64,000 bases of DNA, from NCBI GenBank assembly GCA_951406725.2, contig OX597819.1, positions 102,238,001 through 102,302,000 on the forward strand. Reading direction: 5' to 3'. The notes beneath the pieces are model-generated. The model saw nothing but the letters and a program-made list of their open reading frames with translations. It had not been told where the DNA came from and did no database searches. The translations under genes and the position numbers were made by a program. Shown piece by piece: positions 59,267-64,000 of the stretch; within the stretch, counting starts at the first letter, position 1, and each line of letters opens with the position of its first letter. This DNA comes from Octopus vulgaris. Taxonomy: Eukaryota.

Positions 59267-60018
59267 TATTTGTATGTAAGTATATATAATGCAGGCACAC
59301 ATACCGGAATGCCTATAATTATACTTGCGTATAAACATGTGCCTGTGTCTACACGCGTGTAGAAAACGAATTTTAATTCTATATGTGTGTGTGTGTGTGC
59401 CTCTATGTGTATGTGTATGCATATATATAAAAGAATATATATTTCTGTATACGAACGTATATACGTCATGTAGCATATATATGTATGTGTGTTTGTGTGT
59501 ATCTGTATGCATGAATGTATGTAAGTATGTACGCATGTAGATTTACACACACACAGATACAGACATGCATACATACGTACATAGCCATAGACACCCACAC
59601 ATTTAAGCACTGGAGCGTGTACATAGGTATACACGCGTACGCTCGCACGGGCTCGTGTGTTTGTGTGTCTGCACAGTCAGAGAATTTACCGAGTAGCACT
59701 TCGTTTGGCATTTTTTTCTCGCTGTACATCACTTCTGTAGGTATCATGTACCACAGCCCGGTTCGCTATGTACGCGTCCGTCTGTGTCTGTGTGTGTGCG
59801 TCTCGTGTATGTGTGCGCGCGTGTGAGTTTCTGTGTGTAAGAAAGTGTGTATGCCTTTCATTCGTGCGTAAGGAAGTGTGTATAGCTATATATTTCTTTA
59901 TCTATATAACTGTATCTATCTATGCTATATATTCTATCAATATATCAATCCATCAATCACTTTATCTGTGTCTCTCAAATTGAATCTATCTATCTATCTA
60001 TCTATTTATCTATCTATG

Positions 60019-60104
<86 letters not shown>

Positions 60105-60106
<2 letters not shown>

Positions 60107-60428
60107 AGCCCGTCGTATATATGTATATATATGCGTGTGTGTGTTTGTGTGTCTGTGTTTGTTCCCCTAGCATTGCTCGATTAAAGGCGGTGCTCCAGCA
60201 TGGCCGCAGTCAAATGACTGCGGCAAGTAAAAGAGTAAAGAGTATATATATATGTATGTATATATTATACACATGCAGGAGTGGCTGTGTGGTAAGTAGC
60301 TTGCTTACGAACCACATGGTTCCGGGCTCAGTCGCACTGTGTGGCCACCTTGAGCAATTGTCTTCTGTAGCCTCGATGCTCCTGCATGGTCGCAATCAAA
60401 TGACTGAAACAAATAAAAGAATAAAGGA
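60105..60428 (+). mobile_element. Two adjacent, internally deleted SINE family B copies
   Basis: gaagcccgtcg...ggcggtgctccagcatggccgcagtcaaatgactg (60105-60243), and gcaggagtggctgtgtggtaagtagc...caaatgactgaaacaaataaaag (60275-60428). Confidence 0.85.
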
Positions 60429-60728
60429 ATGAACATAAGTTTGAGTCTCTTTATCTGCCTAACTTTAGAAATATGTATTTATAAAAGTTTATGTGGACAC
60501 GTGCCTATAAATACATACACACATTCATACATTGATATATACATACATATATACATACATACATACATACATACATACATGCATATACACACACATACTC
60601 TCGTACACATACACTCGCACACACACACACACACATACATATATCTGTTTATATGTGAGCCTTTGTGTCTTTGCCTCGGTGTTACCTGTGTACTTTCCTT
60701 GTGTGTGTATCGACTTATAAATATATAA

Positions 60729-61146
60729 GGCGGCGGGTTAGCAGAATCGTTAGCACGCCAGGCGAAATGCTTTGCGGTATTTCGTCTGTCGGTACGTTCT
60801 GAGTTCAAATTCCGTCGAGGTCGACTTTACCTTTCATCCCTTCAGGATCGATAAATTAAGTACCAGTTACGCACTGGGGTCGATATAATCGACTTAATCC
60901 CTTTGTCTGTCCTTGTTTGTCTCCTCTGTGTTTAGCCCCGTGTGGGTAGTAAAGAAATAGGTATTTCGTCTGTCGTTACGTTCTGAGTTCGAATTCCGCC
61001 GAGGTCGACTTTGCCTTTCATCCTTTCAGGATCGATAAATTAAGTACCAGTTACGCACTGGGGTCGATATAATCGACTTAATCCCTTTGTCTGTCCTTGT
61101 TTGTTCCCTCTATGTTTTGCGTCCTTTGTGGCAAATAAAGAAATAT
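60729..61146 (+). mobile_element. SINE family A with a single head and a tandemly duplicated ~184-bp B-box/body/tail unit
   Basis: Unit 1 spans 60776-60959 and unit 2 spans 60960-61146. Both start ggtatttcgtctgtcg and end aaagaaata. Confidence 0.92.
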
Positions 61147-61347
61147 ATACTTACAAATATATACCTAATCACAAAATACCATCAAGGTCAACGTGATAGT
61201 TGCGGTTTCACATTGGGAAGCCTCTTCACCTGCTGCTGCTGCTGACGATGGTGGTAATGACGAAGACAGTTTCATTCGTTTTTCATTACATATCATGTCA
61301 TAATTGCACTTTTGGGAAAAAAAATAATGTTGTATATAATGCATATT

Positions 61348-61768
61348 GGCGTGCCAGTTTGGTAAAAAGCTTGCATCCCAACCTCATGGTTCTGGGATCA
61401 GTCCCACTTTGTGAGACCTTGGGCAAGTGTATCTGCTATACCCTCGGGCCGAGAAAATCCTTGTGAGTGGATTGGATAGACGGAAACTGAAAGAAGCCCG
61501 TCGTATTTGTATATTAATGTGTGTGTGTGTATGGGTGTGTGATTGTCTTTGTGTCTATGTTTGGCCTACCATCTTCGCTTGACAACCGATATTGGTTCGT
61601 TTACGTCCCCATAAAATAGCGATTCGGCAAAACAGTCTGATAGAATAAGGACTAGGCATACTAAGAATAAGTTCTGGGATCGATTTCTTCGACTAAAATG
61701 TCCTTTAATGCGGTGTTCCAGCATGGTCGGAGTCAAATAACTGAAACAAGTAATAGAATACAAGAATA
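61348..61768 (+). mobile_element. Near full-length SINE family B
   Basis: gaccttgggcaagtgtatctgctataccctcgggccg CORE-like segment, a (TG)n spacer and a complete 3' half. Confidence 0.9.
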
Positions 61769-61799
61769 TATCTACATCTCTCTATCTCTGTATCTCTCT

Positions 61800-61920
<121 letters not shown>

Positions 61921-62121
61921 CATACATTCGTACGTACGTAAATACTCACAGTCAAGCATATATATATATATATAGAGAGAGAGAGAGGGGGTGTGTGAGA
62001 GAGAGAGGGGGTGAATTGTAAAGTTCAATACACCTTTACATACAAACGTAATCAAACACACACACACAGGTCCGTACTTTCGAAAGTGTGTGTCTGTGTA
62101 TATATGTGTGTGAGTGAGTGT

Positions 62122-62161
<40 letters not shown>

Positions 62162-62472
62162 CTATCATGTTTTACATAAATACACACGTATATATATATA
62201 TGTATATATTTACATATATATTCATATGTATACATTAATATATATATATTTATATACATATATGTGTGTGTATGCGCGTGTATGTGTTTATATATTTATA
62301 TATATATACATACATACATCTATCTACCAATCTATCTTTCCATCGATTTAACTCCCAATTTGCATGCATATATATACTTATATATTCACACCATATTATT
62401 ACATCAATAAAATATAATTCATATAGGCGATAACATATATAGATATATATGTTTAATATGCGTATACATATG

Positions 62473-62534
<62 letters not shown>

Positions 62535-62648
62535 ATGGATGGATATATATATATATATATATATGTGTATATATATAGATAGATTGAAAGATAGATAGAT
62601 ACATGCATTAATACATACATATATACATGCATGCATCCACATGTATGC

Positions 62649-62713
<65 letters not shown>

Positions 62714-63320
62714 TATGTGTACACTCGCAAGTATACATATTCATGTGTGTACATGTGAACGTGTGTTTTTGTGTGCTTATGTGTTTTTGTATGTACATGT
62801 GTGTATGTGTGCGTGTGGGTGTGTGTAGGAGAAATTTATCAAACGTGCAGATAAAGAGATTAGTGTTTATTCCAACAAATACATATTTAGACATAAGAAT
62901 TATTGTATATATCAGTGAAAATATATTTAAATAACAGAAGCCAAATCGTTAATGCATCTAGTGACGTTTATCTGTGTGCTGTGTCTACAGCTGGACATTA
63001 CTGTACTTAAACTGCGTTTGATTTCAGTGATTCTGTCTATATACACCCCACACACACACACACACATATGTATATCTATAAATACGGCAAGAGATAATTT
63101 TGTCTCTTTTTATGGAGACAAAGGGGTTTATAAGACTGCAGAAAAGAAGTGCTCAAATGTAATTGAGACAGAGTTAAAAAAAACATTGATCAGAGAACAA
63201 ACATCAAATTCGAGTCAACAACTTTATACATAACACCACGCCTCCAAACCTTTTTGTTTTGAGGCGTGGTGTTATGTATAAAGTCTTTGCCTCGAATTTG
63301 ATGTTTAAATATATACATAC

Positions 63321-63392
<72 letters not shown>

Positions 63393-63745
63393 ATGGATGT
63401 ATATATATACATATTGAGATATGTGCATGTGTTGATTCGTATCAAATACAAATGCTAAATCTATCTCAATAGATTGGAAGGTCATGGTGGGAAATTCTGT
63501 CTAAAAGTAACCGTTATATTTTGTGGCTTTTATAATAGTTTCTGAAGTTTACAAGGCGAGAAATATTATAAATGCGATTGCTTGTTTATTGAGCTTTCAG
63601 ATATGACACTGTGTTACCTATCAACCTATTTACCTATATACCTACCTACCTAACTACCTACCGACCGACCAGCATCCCTACATACATACATTCATACACA
63701 CACATATACACAAACACACACACATACACACACATACACACACAT

Positions 63746-63779
<34 letters not shown>

Positions 63780-64000
63780 GTCGGTGTGTATGTATATATA
63801 TATAGATATGTCTGTGTGTGAGTGGGTAAATGTATATATATGTATATATATATATATGTGTGTGTGCGTGTGTGTGTGTCCGTAAATGTATGTGTGTGTA
63901 AGTGTGTGTGCATGTGTGTGTATGTTTAGATGGATAGATTGATTGATAGATAGCTTAGTGTTCCGTTCCGGATCAACGAAAAACATACTCCAGCTTGTAA

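Overview
This is eukaryotic, very AT-rich, microsatellite-saturated DNA: (TA)n, (CA/TG)n, (GATA)n, (AAT)n, (GAT)n and (GA)n. Its short retroposon families resemble those I recall from octopus genomes, so an octopus origin is inferred, not proven. Nearly all ORFs in the supplied track are translated microsatellites. One credible protein-coding exon is present, on the minus strand at 37565-37496. It encodes MSRRKQSHPKHIENEHHVFLDNN and ends at a phase-1 G|GTAAG donor. MSRRKQxxP is the N-terminal NuRD/RBBP4-binding motif of SALL/spalt, BCL11, FOG/ZFPM and ZNF423/521 zinc-finger repressors. Positions 37495 to 1 are therefore probably a large first intron, since no zinc-finger exon is visible, and ~38-64 kb is leader/promoter/upstream DNA. 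The leader holds an in-frame upstream ATG and a 170-codon His/Gln-rich uORF. Repeats include tRNA-headed SINEs (Meta-like, CORE-like and one further type), an old co-oriented repeat cluster, and a short repeat family carrying Penelope-type minimal hammerhead-ribozyme-like motifs. There is also a 139-bp foldback hairpin inserted in a SINE, and inverted SINE pairs in the putative intron that could form ADAR substrates. No rRNA, genuine tRNA, CRISPR array or autonomous transposon ORF is supported. Repeat boundaries are approximate, and the family letters A-E are my own labels.
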